DNA of 32,000 nucleotides, taken from NCBI GenBank assembly GCA_963699255.1, contig OY969425.1, forward strand, positions 990,001-1,022,000, in the 5' to 3' direction. Shown here one piece after another: positions 1-8,247 of this stretch. Source of the DNA: an uncultured bacterium. GTDB taxonomy: Bacteria; Margulisbacteria; WOR-1; CAVSGV01. Positions within the stretch are counted from its first letter, which is position 1, and each line of letters begins with the position of its first letter. The notes beneath the pieces were generated by a model. The model searched no databases and was not told where the DNA came from. It saw nothing but the letters and a program-made list of their open reading frames with translations. Made by a program: the position numbers and the translations under genes.

Positions 1-47
1 GTGTATCTATTGAAACATTTATATCGAATTTCTAAGGAGCTCACACA

Positions 48-105
48 GATGCTTGGATTTGCTCAGCATGACACACAATGTCGCTCTGAACGAAGTGAAG
101 GATCT
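48..105 (+). repeat. Imperfect palindromic repeat of the 'GCTCAGcaTGACA...TGTCgcTCTGAaCGAA' type
   Basis: GGATTTGCTCAGCATGACA (55-73) and TGTCGCTCTGAACGAAGTGAAGGATC (80-105) are imperfect reverse complements. The translation 'CRSERSEGS' resembles a widespread intergenic repeat read as 'SERSEES'. Confidence 0.75.
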
Positions 106-108
106 GCC

Positions 109-612
109 TTGAAGGAAAGTCTGCGGCGTTCTGCAGGGTTCACCTTAGTGGAATCCGTTTTAGTGCTGGCTATGCTCGGTTTTTTGATGGTCGTGATCTT
201 TTACGCCTTCACGGCCTCCATGCGCATCTTCACGAGTGAGATGTCCGAAGCCGATACATCCCTGGAAACGCACAGGGCCATGGAGCGGATGACAAAAGAG
301 CTGAGGGGCGCCCTTCAGATAGTTTCGGCGGAGGCTTCAAGCATAACCTTCTGGTATAACGATCTAAATGGTGATGGAACAATGGAAGCGAATGAAACCG
401 TAACATATTCCTGGACAGGAGCATCTCCGGGATACATAAACAGGACTGTGCAAACTTCGACACAGGAGGTCTCGTCCGGGATCATGAACTTTTCTCTTAC
501 ATATAATGACCCGGACCCGTCCAATATCAACTTCATCACCATATTTATGGCCGCTCAGAATGGCTCTACCATGAGCACGCTCGAATCCAGTGTGGACTGC
601 AGAAATTTATGA
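109..612 (+). CDS. Prepilin-type pseudopilin (PilW/GspJ-like) with N-terminal methylation motif
   Basis: LRRSAG|FTLVESVLVLAMLGFLMVVIFYAF is a canonical prepilin cleavage site plus hydrophobic helix. The frame is open from base 1, but codons 1-36 read through a palindromic repeat. TTG at 109 gives MKESLRRSAG|FTLVE, preceded by GAAGG at about 97-101. Confidence 0.8.
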   Translation: MKESLRRSAGFTLVESVLVLAMLGFLMVVIFYAFTASMRIFTSEMSEADTSLETHRAMERMTKELRGALQIVSAEASSITFWYNDLNGDGTMEANETVTYSWTGASPGYINRTVQTSTQEVSSGIMNFSLTYNDPDPSNINFITIFMAAQNGSTMSTLESSVDCRNL

Positions 613-624
613 TATAATCAGGTT

Positions 625-2241
625 GTGCCGGGAAATAATATAGTTATTGGACTGGACATAGACGGAAAATCTGTCAAGTTCGCAAAGCTTAAGAAAACTG
701 ACAGCGAAACGACCCTTTTAAAATACGCCGTCCGCGAAGTTCCCCCATCAGAAGATAAGATCAAAGCGGTCTCAGACATCCTTAAAGACCTGTTCAAGGG
801 CGAAAGACAGGACACCGAAGTTTACACCTGCGCGTTCGGGACAAATGTTAGCTTAAAACGCCTGACCATCCCCGTGATGCCGGATGAAGAGATAAGGGAA
901 GCCCTGCAGTGGGAAGCCAAAAACCTGGTCCCCTTCCCTATCGAGAATTCCACATTGGATTTCTACAAGATAGGCAAGATATCCGACAAGGCTGTGGAAA
1001 AGTATGACGTCATGTTCGCCGTCGCCGGTGAGGAATTGCTCAGCTTCCTGACCTCCGTCTCAAAAGAATCCGGGATCCGATTTTCAGGGATATCGCTTAT
1101 CCCTCTTGCGCTAAGCGCGCTCCTGCTCCACAACAAAAAGTTCGATAAAGATAAGATCAATGCCATCATAGATATCGGGGCCGAAGCTGCCAGCATAAAC
1201 CTTTTCAAAGGCGATGTGCTTAACTTCACAAGGGTGATAACCGTTGCAGGCGACTCCCTCACAAAAGCCATGACAGGGCTCCTTGTGGCTGACCGATGGC
1301 AGCTGAATCTGACCTATGAACAAGCCGAGGAAATAAAGAAAAAATACGGCATACCAAAAAAAGACACGACCGAGGTCACGGACAGCGGGATACCGCTGGT
1401 CCACATCTACGAGATGATGGCTCCAACACTGCGCAGGCTCCAGAACGAGATCCTAAGATCTTTCGATTATTATAAAGAGGAATTCAGGGAGGAAAAGATC
1501 GACAGAATATTCCTTACAGGCGGCACCTCACACCTGATCAATCTGGAAGAATTCCTCTCCAACGCGCTCGGAATAAAGGTAGAGACCTTAAATCCCTTTG
1601 AAAACCTGAAAATAGACCCATCATCAGGAATAGCCCCCGCAGCATTAAAAGAAGCGTCGCCAAGGCTTGCCCTTGCTGCAGGTCTTGCCCTGGAACAAAG
1701 CGAAAAAATAAATTTCCAGAGGAAAATGGAAAAGTCGCGAAAGCTGATAGGCCTGGAAGGGATGTTCGGCAAGATCAAATTAAAGATCCCGGTACAGATC
1801 CCGGTAAATCTTTTCGCCTATGGTTTAGTGGCGTTATTGATCCTTGCTTTCTCATATAACTTTTACCTGACAAGACTTAGGGATCACTACAAAAAAGAGA
1901 TCGCGTCAAAACAAGCCATTCTAACGGATGTTAAGACCCTTATTGACAAAAGAACGATCCTTGAACAGATCTCAAAGGAAGAAACCCACATAAGAGAAAC
2001 CCTGTCGCAAATGACGCGGGTGCTGCCCGCGGGCATAACCCTGACGGACCTTACATACGATAACTCGCAGCGCCAGATATGGCTGGCAGGCGCCGCCAGT
2101 GACACAAATGCGGTCGGCAGACTGCTGAAGAACTTTGAGGATTCTCCGAACTTCAAAAAAGCGGTGCTGATAGAAGCGCGCAAAGGGGCGTTTGAAGGCG
2201 TCCAAAAGGTCATTTTTAAGATTACTTTTAACCTGACTTGA
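625..2241 (+). CDS. pilM: PilM-like actin-fold ATPase fused to a C-terminal PilN-like membrane domain
   Basis: N-terminus IVIGLDIDGKSVKFAKL, AIIDIGAEAASINLF, RIFLTGGTSHL. A TM segment (LFAYGLVALLILAFSYNFYL) is followed by a PilN-like tail (LTDLTYDNSQRQIWLAGAASDTNAVGRLLKNFEDSPNFKKAVLIEA). GTG start. Confidence 0.88.
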   Translation: MPGNNIVIGLDIDGKSVKFAKLKKTDSETTLLKYAVREVPPSEDKIKAVSDILKDLFKGERQDTEVYTCAFGTNVSLKRLTIPVMPDEEIREALQWEAKNLVPFPIENSTLDFYKIGKISDKAVEKYDVMFAVAGEELLSFLTSVSKESGIRFSGISLIPLALSALLLHNKKFDKDKINAIIDIGAEAASINLFKGDVLNFTRVITVAGDSLTKAMTGLLVADRWQLNLTYEQAEEIKKKYGIPKKDTTEVTDSGIPLVHIYEMMAPTLRRLQNEILRSFDYYKEEFREEKIDRIFLTGGTSHLINLEEFLSNALGIKVETLNPFENLKIDPSSGIAPAALKEASPRLALAAGLALEQSEKINFQRKMEKSRKLIGLEGMFGKIKLKIPVQIPVNLFAYGLVALLILAFSYNFYLTRLRDHYKKEIASKQAILTDVKTLIDKRTILEQISKEETHIRETLSQMTRVLPAGITLTDLTYDNSQRQIWLAGAASDTNAVGRLLKNFEDSPNFKKAVLIEARKGAFEGVQKVIFKITFNLT

Positions 2242-2258
2242 AAATAGAAATTGAAGAC

Positions 2259-2309
2259 CCGAGACTAAAGTCTCGGATAAGTTAACCGCGACTTCAGTCG
2301 CAAGGTTTA
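2259..2309 (+). repeat. Composite palindromic repeat copy 1 (two adjacent hairpins)
   Basis: CCGAGACT-aa-AGTCTCGG (2259-2276), then AACC-GCGACT-tc-AGTCGC-aa-GGTT (2284-2307). Confidence 0.9.
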
Positions 2310-2320
2310 GGAAAAATAAT

Positions 2321-3139
2321 ATGCAGGAATTCTCATCTAAATGGCAGAATTTAATAGTGTGGACACTGGCGGTCCTCCTTCTGCTCTACGGCGCATACCA
2401 TTATCTTTATCAACCCAAGCTGAAGGAGATCGAAACCCTGAAAAGCTCGCTGAAAATGATCGACAACGAAATAATGATGATAGAAGGCGGCGACCTTTTG
2501 CTCAAGGACCTGAACGCGGCCAAAGTCATGCTGAAGAAAGAACTGGAAGAGCTTTCAGTAAAGATCCCTTCGGAGGTGGACACCCCCTATCTGATAAATA
2601 ACTTCATCTCTGTTGTTGGCAAAGGATTGAATATAGATTATAATCTTATCCAGCCTTCGGGTCTTGAGGATGAGCAGAAATATAAAAGACTTCCTCTTAA
2701 AGTTGAATTTGAGGGGGATTACTCTGGCCTGAATTCGTATCTGGCACAGTTAAAGAAGTTGCCGGTCACAATAAGAGTGGATTCCATGGAGCTTCGCAAG
2801 GTATCCGGGACCAACAAGCTTACCGTAAGCATGATGCTTTCTGCGTTCGTAATGCCCGGGGGACCCGAAAAACCGCCGGGAACAGTAAGAGGGTATTCTT
2901 ACATGTTCGATCCTTTTTACGTGGGAAGCGGGAAGGCAAAACAACAAAAGCCTGAAGGAATTCAAGGTTTGCAGTACTCCGGCTACTTTAAGGGCAGGGA
3001 AATAAAGGCCATTATTAACGATGAGCCCCTTCAGGCCGGGGAAAGCATACAGGGGTTCAGGATATTGAAAATTTACAAGGACAGGGTTATCCTTATTAAG
3101 GACAAAAAGTCGTATGTGCTTACTCTTGAGGGAAAATAA
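2321..3139 (+). CDS. pilO: PilO-like pilus assembly protein with a C-terminal PilP/GspC-like domain
   Basis: A single N-terminal TM (LIVWTLAVLLLLYGAYHYLYQP), a coiled coil, and a PilO-like domain (FEGDYSGLNSYLAQLKKLPVTIRVDSMEL). The C-terminus reads YFKGREIKAIINDEPLQAGESIQGFRILKIYKDRVILIKDKKSYVLTLEGK. Confidence 0.78.
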   Translation: MQEFSSKWQNLIVWTLAVLLLLYGAYHYLYQPKLKEIETLKSSLKMIDNEIMMIEGGDLLLKDLNAAKVMLKKELEELSVKIPSEVDTPYLINNFISVVGKGLNIDYNLIQPSGLEDEQKYKRLPLKVEFEGDYSGLNSYLAQLKKLPVTIRVDSMELRKVSGTNKLTVSMMLSAFVMPGGPEKPPGTVRGYSYMFDPFYVGSGKAKQQKPEGIQGLQYSGYFKGREIKAIINDEPLQAGESIQGFRILKIYKDRVILIKDKKSYVLTLEGK

Positions 3140-4963
3140 ATGAGATACATTTCGGAAACAATGAACCTGCGACTAAACCCCAACCAGGGTGTTGGGGTAA
3201 ACGTCGCGGTTCCTTTTAGTGAACGTAAATCGCTCAGATTTTGGAACCGAGAAGTTTATTCTCAGGTTCCAAAAATTATTTGTTTATTGATCGTTTTGAC
3301 CGCGGCATCTGCCGCCTTTCCGGCATCATCACACAGCATCCCGAACCAGACCGCGAACATATCCGCAACAAGAGCTGAGGCTTATTTCGCGCAGGGATAT
3401 CTTTACTTCCTGGAGAAAAGTTATAATGAAGCCATACCGGAATTCGTTAAAGCGCTCCAGCTTGTGCCCGATATGGTTAAAGCTCGTTACTGGATGGCAA
3501 AGACTTATTACCAGTTAGGGCGGTACAAGAACGTCGTAAATCAATGCTCCGCGGCTTTATCTGTCGCCCCGAAATATAAGAACGCGAGATCCCTTCTGCT
3601 TCGCGCGCAGACAATGCTTGATACCGAAAAGGCACCACGGACAAAGGCGGTCAGGGCAAGGAAAAGAACAGGGATAAGAAGAACCATAACAAGAAGGACT
3701 GAAACAAGAAGAACTGAAACAAGCACGGCCACGGTAAACAGCAACTCACAACACACGATCTCCCTGGATCTAAGGAACGTGGACATAAGTTCGGTGCTTC
3801 AGATCCTCTCAAGGGAAACAGGTATCAGCATAATTGCCGGCTCCGACGTATACGGAAAAGTAACGGCCATATTGAACAATGTTCCGCCCCAGGAAGCTCT
3901 TGATACCATACTTAAATCCAACGGCTATACATACACGAGGCAGGGCGACATCGTTCAGGTGTTCTCTTCATCCGAGCCCGCAAGAGTGGAAGAGCTTCCC
4001 GGAGGTGTATTTGTAAGGACGTTCATTATCAATTATGTGGGTCCCGACGAGCTTCTCTCGACCCTGACAAAGCTTATGCCCGAGGATACCAGCATATACA
4101 CAACAAAAGGAAGCAAGACCGTGGTCGTAAAAGGATCCGCCAATGATATCAGGAGAGCGGAAGTCCTGATAAGGAACCTGGACATTCCCCCCCGTCAGGT
4201 AATGGTTGAGGCCAAGATAATCGAGGTGGACCTGAACGAAACTCAAACCTTGGGAATGAACAACTCCTGGACCAATCCGGACAACGCCACTCAGAACCTT
4301 CAAACAACTGGACTTGCGAATCCGCCGACCGCCACCGGAGCAACAGGGCTTTATTACTCGATCACGGACCAGAACATCACATCCCTTGTTGAAGCGCTCT
4401 CAACCAGAACAGGCTTCAACATACTTTCCAGCCCGAAGGTCATGGCCCTGAACGAACAGAAAGCAGAAATAATGACCGGCTCGCAGCTTGGTTACTACGT
4501 AAATACCGTCACGACCACCGGACTTGTGCAGAACGTTGAGTTCATGGATGTCGGCACAAAACTGGACATAACGCCATCGGTAAAGAGCGACGGCATGATC
4601 GTAATGGACATTCACCCCGAAATATCTGACGGTTCGATCGTGAACAATCTCCCTCAAAAGAATTCAACGGAAACAACGACCCAGCTTATAGTGAAGGACG
4701 GGCAGACCATAATAATCGGCGGGCTGGTAAGGGACACTCAACAAAAAGAGGTCCACGGAGTCCCTGTTCTTATGGACATACCGGTTCTTGGAGCCTTTCT
4801 TAAAAGGACGGAATATACTTCCGAGAAAAAGGAGATCATAGTGCTGATGACCCCCCACATAGTGAATTCGAAATATATAGAAGAAATGGAAAGTAAAGCC
4901 TCGGACATGGAAAAACAAAGAAGGGATATCACCCCCTCAATGCCTCTCGACCTTGTAAGGTAA
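3140..4963 (+). CDS. pilQ: Type IV pilus/T2SS secretin (PilQ/GspD) with N-terminal TPR repeats
   Basis: Signal-like IICLLIVLTAASAAF; TPRs (AYFAQGYLYFLEKSYNEAIPEFVKALQLVPDMVKARYWMAKTYYQLGRY); AMIN/STN-like and secretin N domains; secretin core (GSQLGYYVNTVTTTGLVQNVEFMDVGTKLDITPSV..., VKDGQTIIIGGLVRDTQQKEVHGVPVLMDIPVLGAFLKRTE). Strong RBS GAGGG before ATG 3140. Confidence 0.93.
   Translation: MRYISETMNLRLNPNQGVGVNVAVPFSERKSLRFWNREVYSQVPKIICLLIVLTAASAAFPASSHSIPNQTANISATRAEAYFAQGYLYFLEKSYNEAIPEFVKALQLVPDMVKARYWMAKTYYQLGRYKNVVNQCSAALSVAPKYKNARSLLLRAQTMLDTEKAPRTKAVRARKRTGIRRTITRRTETRRTETSTATVNSNSQHTISLDLRNVDISSVLQILSRETGISIIAGSDVYGKVTAILNNVPPQEALDTILKSNGYTYTRQGDIVQVFSSSEPARVEELPGGVFVRTFIINYVGPDELLSTLTKLMPEDTSIYTTKGSKTVVVKGSANDIRRAEVLIRNLDIPPRQVMVEAKIIEVDLNETQTLGMNNSWTNPDNATQNLQTTGLANPPTATGATGLYYSITDQNITSLVEALSTRTGFNILSSPKVMALNEQKAEIMTGSQLGYYVNTVTTTGLVQNVEFMDVGTKLDITPSVKSDGMIVMDIHPEISDGSIVNNLPQKNSTETTTQLIVKDGQTIIIGGLVRDTQQKEVHGVPVLMDIPVLGAFLKRTEYTSEKKEIIVLMTPHIVNSKYIEEMESKASDMEKQRRDITPSMPLDLVR
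3164..3274 (+). repeat. Composite palindromic repeat copy 2, in frame inside the pilQ N-terminus
   Basis: Outer AACCtGCGAC (3164-3173) with GTCGCGGTT (3203-3211), and inner CCCCAAC (3178-3184) with GTTGGGG (3191-3197). Second hairpin TTTTGGAACCGAGA (3239-3252) with TCTCaGGTTCCAAAA (3260-3274). Confidence 0.9.
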
Positions 4964-5656
4964 TCTGGGAACGGATTCAAGAAGCAGCTTCGTATAAGGA
5001 TGCTTCGGATTCGAGTATAGCTCTTCAACCCCGCCAGTCTCTATTATCCGGCCGTTCTTCATGACCGCCAGCACGCCGCACATGAATTTAACGACTGACA
5101 GGTCATGGGCGATAATAAGGAAGGTCAAAGCGAATTGAGCCTTCAGCTTCTTTAAAAGTTTCAATATCTCAAGCTGTACGGTCATATCAAGCGAGGAAAC
5201 CGGCTCATCAAGAACGATGAATTTAGGCCTGATGCTCATGGCGCGCGCGATGCAGAGCCTCTGCCTCTCCCCTCCCGAGAGCTCGTGCGGATATCTATCC
5301 GCGTAGCTTTCATCAAGGTCCACTTCGCGCAGGATCTCACTGATGTCCCTGGTTATCCCGTGAATTTTAAGCGGTTCCGCAAGGGCCTCCCCCACCTTCA
5401 TCCTGGGATCGAGCGACGTATACGGGTTCTGGAATACGATCTGATAGTCCTTCCTTGAGAAGCCCGGAGAATATGTAACTTCTCCCGAAGAAGCGGATAT
5501 CAGCTTCAGTATGATCCTCGCGAGCGTCGTCTTGCCCGATCCCGATTCCCCGACAAGCCCGAAAGATCCGCCCTCGTCGATCGAAAAGCTCACGCTATCG
5601 AGCGCTTTTAATCCGCCAAAAAGTTTTGAAATATTATTTACTTCCACTGATCTCAA
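4937..5656 (-). CDS. Oligopeptide/dipeptide ABC transporter ATP-binding protein (OppF/DppF-like)
   Basis: Walker A GESGSGKTT, signature LSGGERQRLCIARAM, Walker B FIVLDEPVSSLD, and C-terminal NPKHPYTKLLLESVPRL. Confidence 0.93.
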   Translation of the reverse strand: MRSVEVNNISKLFGGLKALDSVSFSIDEGGSFGLVGESGSGKTTLARIILKLISASSGEVTYSPGFSRKDYQIVFQNPYTSLDPRMKVGEALAEPLKIHGITRDISEILREVDLDESYADRYPHELSGGERQRLCIARAMSIRPKFIVLDEPVSSLDMTVQLEILKLLKKLKAQFALTFLIIAHDLSVVKFMCGVLAVMKNGRIIETGGVEELYSNPKHPYTKLLLESVPRLPYKVERH

Positions 5657-6438
5657 GGGTTCATCTCCCTGTAAGAGCTCACGAGCTTAGCCGTATAGGC
5701 GTCCTTCGGGACGGCGATGATATCGCTGGAGCTCCCCTCTTCCACGATCCGGCCGTTCTGCATCACGTATATCCTGCCGCAAAGCATGGAGACAAGCGCT
5801 ATGTTGTGAGAGATGAAAAGCATGGTCGTCTTAAGCTCCCGCAAAAGATCCAATATGTTCTTCTGCATCGTCACATCAAGGGCCGTTGTCGGTTCATCTG
5901 CAATAAGAAGGTCCGGAGAAAGCGCGTAAGCCATAGCCACCGCGACCCTCTGCTTCATCCCGCCGCTGAACTGGTGCGGATAGTCGTTCGCCCGCTGATG
6001 CGGGTCCTTTATGTGTACCAGGTCCAGAAGTTCAACCGCCCTGTCCCAGGCCTGCTTCCTTGGAAGCCCCTGATGGATCCTGAACACCTCCGCTATCTGC
6101 TCTCCTATCTTGAATACCGGGTTCAGTGAGGAGAACGGGTCCTGGAACACCATTGAGATATCCCCGCCCCTTATTTCCTGCATCTCCGCTTCGGAAAGAT
6201 TCAGCAGGTTCCTGCCTTTCCATTTGATCTCGCCATATATCTTTCCCGGCGGGTCGATCAACCTGAGTATCGCGAGCGCCAGCGAAGATTTGCCGCAGCC
6301 CGATTCCCCCACAAGCCCCACGATCTCGCCTTTTTGAATGTAAAGACTCGCGTTCTCAACGGCTTTTTTGATATCATCCTTGTAGCCGTAGTGAACGGAA
6401 AGTTTTTGTATGTCCAGCAGCCTGTCTTCCGTGTTCAT
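5653..6438 (-). CDS. Oligopeptide/dipeptide ABC transporter ATP-binding protein (OppD/DppD-like)
   Basis: Walker A GESGCGKSS, signature FSGGMKQRVAVAMA, Walker B LLIADEPTTALD. Confidence 0.93.
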   Translation of the reverse strand: MNTEDRLLDIQKLSVHYGYKDDIKKAVENASLYIQKGEIVGLVGESGCGKSSLALAILRLIDPPGKIYGEIKWKGRNLLNLSEAEMQEIRGGDISMVFQDPFSSLNPVFKIGEQIAEVFRIHQGLPRKQAWDRAVELLDLVHIKDPHQRANDYPHQFSGGMKQRVAVAMAYALSPDLLIADEPTTALDVTMQKNILDLLRELKTTMLFISHNIALVSMLCGRIYVMQNGRIVEEGSSSDIIAVPKDAYTAKLVSSYREMNP

Positions 6439-7259
6439 TCCTTTGGATTCAACTCCTCCCTTAAAGCTTCACCGACAAAGTAAAGAGAAAGCACCGCAAG
6501 AACTATCACAAGCCCGGGAATGACCGCCATCCACGGAGCATCCAGAAGATAAGACTGAGAATCCATCAGCATGTTCCCCCAGCTCGGCATGGGAGGCTGC
6601 ACTCCGAGGCCGAGAAAGCTCAAGGCTGATTCGGTAAGTATCGCTCCGGCCGCCCCCAGAGTGCCGGCCACAATAACAGGAGGCAGAGCATTGGGAAGGA
6701 TGTGCCTGAATATGATCCTGAGATCGCTGCAGCCTATCGCCCTAGCCGCTTCCACGAATTCGCGCTCCTTTATGGCCAGGAACTCCCCTCTTACAAGCCG
6801 CGCTATACCCATCCAGGAAGTCGCGCCGATCACGATCATCACGTTGAATATGCTGGGCGTCAGGACCGACTGTATCGCTAGTATCAGAAAAATGGTCGGA
6901 AAGGAGAGCATGATATCCGTAAAACGCATAATCACTTCATCAAGTATCCCGCCGTAATAGCCGGATACGCACCCGAACAGGATCCCGATCGTCAAGGAAA
7001 CGGAAACAGCTATCAGAGCGACCGAAAGGGATACTCTTCCCCCATATAAAAGGCGGCTGAAAATATCGCGCCCAAGATCATCTGTCCCGAATATGTGCCT
7101 CACCGAAGGCGCGGCGATATGGTCTTCCAGTATATCGTTCGGATCATACGGGGCAATAACAGGAGCGAACACCGCCAGAAAGAACAGAGCTGACAGTATT
7201 ATCAGTCCGAATAATGCGAGCTTATTTTTTTTCAGCATATCTGATCCTCGGGTCAACAA
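6435..7259 (-). CDS. ABC transporter permease (OppC/DppC-like); start possibly at the internal Met at 7238
   Basis: HIFGTDDLGRDIFSRLLYGGRVSLSVALIAV and the EAARAIGCSDLRIIFRHILPNALPP EAA motif. N-terminus MLKKNKLALFGLIIL follows a possible extension. Confidence 0.92.
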   Translation of the reverse strand: MLTRGSDMLKKNKLALFGLIILSALFFLAVFAPVIAPYDPNDILEDHIAAPSVRHIFGTDDLGRDIFSRLLYGGRVSLSVALIAVSVSLTIGILFGCVSGYYGGILDEVIMRFTDIMLSFPTIFLILAIQSVLTPSIFNVMIVIGATSWMGIARLVRGEFLAIKEREFVEAARAIGCSDLRIIFRHILPNALPPVIVAGTLGAAGAILTESALSFLGLGVQPPMPSWGNMLMDSQSYLLDAPWMAVIPGLVIVLAVLSLYFVGEALREELNPKE

Positions 7260-8136
7260 CAGCGTACCCTATATCGGCCAAAAGGTTGCACAGGACTATC
7301 AAGACGGCGGTGAACAGGGTTATCCCCATGATAACAGGGTAATTCCTTGAAAATACGGCGGAAACGCCCAGCCGTCCCATTCCCGGCCATGCGAATATCG
7401 TCTCGATGATGAACGCGCCGCCGAAAAGGTCGGGAACCGAAAGACCGAGCAGCGTGACTATGGGTATGAGCGAATTCCTCAGCGCGTGCTTGAAAATGAC
7501 TATGTTCTCCGGGAGCCCTTTCGCCCTGGCGACCTTAATGTATTCCTGTCCGAGCACTTCCAGCATGCTCGCCCTCTGGTACCTTGTTATTCCGGCAAGT
7601 CCCGAAATAACCATCACCGCACATGGAAGGGCCAGATGGCCGAAAGGCGGGACCCATTCGAGCTTGAGAGAGAAAACAAGCATGAATATAAGGGCCAGCC
7701 AGAAGGACGGCATGGACATGAAGACGAATGATATGACGGTAAAAAGATTATCGAAGACAGATCCTTTTTTTACGGCCGATATGACGCCGACAGGTATGGA
7801 GATAAGGAGGATCAAAATGAACGAAAGGCCCGTTAACAGTAGCGTCGCGGGAAGTCTCTCGAATATCTCCTCGGCAACAGGTTTGCCGGAAATGTATGAA
7901 TATCCAAAATTCAGGACCGCGGCGTTCTTAAGCCACATGACATACTGGACGGCTACGGGCTTATCGAGTCCCCAGTTCGAACGGATCCTGGCGAGTTCCT
8001 CCGGCTTCACGTTCGGGTCCGTGAAAAGTGATGTCGGATCCCCGGGAGCAAGATGCATCACAAAAAAAGTTATTAGGGTAATCCCTATTAACAAAGGTAT
8101 TAGCTGTATTAATCTTCTTACTATATATTTTTTCAT
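7222..8136 (-). CDS. ABC transporter permease (OppB/DppB-like)
   Basis: MKKYIVRRLIQLIPLLIGITLITFFVMHLAPGDP and the VARAKGLPENIVIFKHALRNSLIPIVT EAA motif. Confidence 0.93.
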   Translation of the reverse strand: MKKYIVRRLIQLIPLLIGITLITFFVMHLAPGDPTSLFTDPNVKPEELARIRSNWGLDKPVAVQYVMWLKNAAVLNFGYSYISGKPVAEEIFERLPATLLLTGLSFILILLISIPVGVISAVKKGSVFDNLFTVISFVFMSMPSFWLALIFMLVFSLKLEWVPPFGHLALPCAVMVISGLAGITRYQRASMLEVLGQEYIKVARAKGLPENIVIFKHALRNSLIPIVTLLGLSVPDLFGGAFIIETIFAWPGMGRLGVSAVFSRNYPVIMGITLFTAVLIVLCNLLADIGYAVVDPRIRYAEKK

Positions 8137-8150
8137 ATAATTTCAAAATC

Positions 8151-8240
8151 CAAATGACAAAGCTCAAAGGAATCTATTAAATCCAAATCAAACAAAAACA
8201 TTTCCCTTGATTTGTCATTCTCAGATTCATTTGTCATTTG
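8151..8240. repeat. MITE-like AT-rich element with inverted ends between the permease and substrate-binding genes
   Basis: CAAATGACAAA (8151-8161) is the exact reverse complement of TTTGTCATTTG (8230-8240). Further TTTGTCATT words continue to about 8258. Confidence 0.65.
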
Positions 8241-8247
8241 ATATTTG

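Noticed and set aside
7406-8140. 244-aa plus-strand ORF opposite the OppB-like permease
   Set aside because: Antisense shadow of a clear permease CDS. Many other track ORFs opposite argH, argG, pepA and the LysM gene were rejected for the same reason.
7961-8167. Small ORF (68 aa) between oppA-like and oppB-like genes
   Set aside because: Overlaps the permease gene and the AT-rich word-array element; no recognisable protein features.
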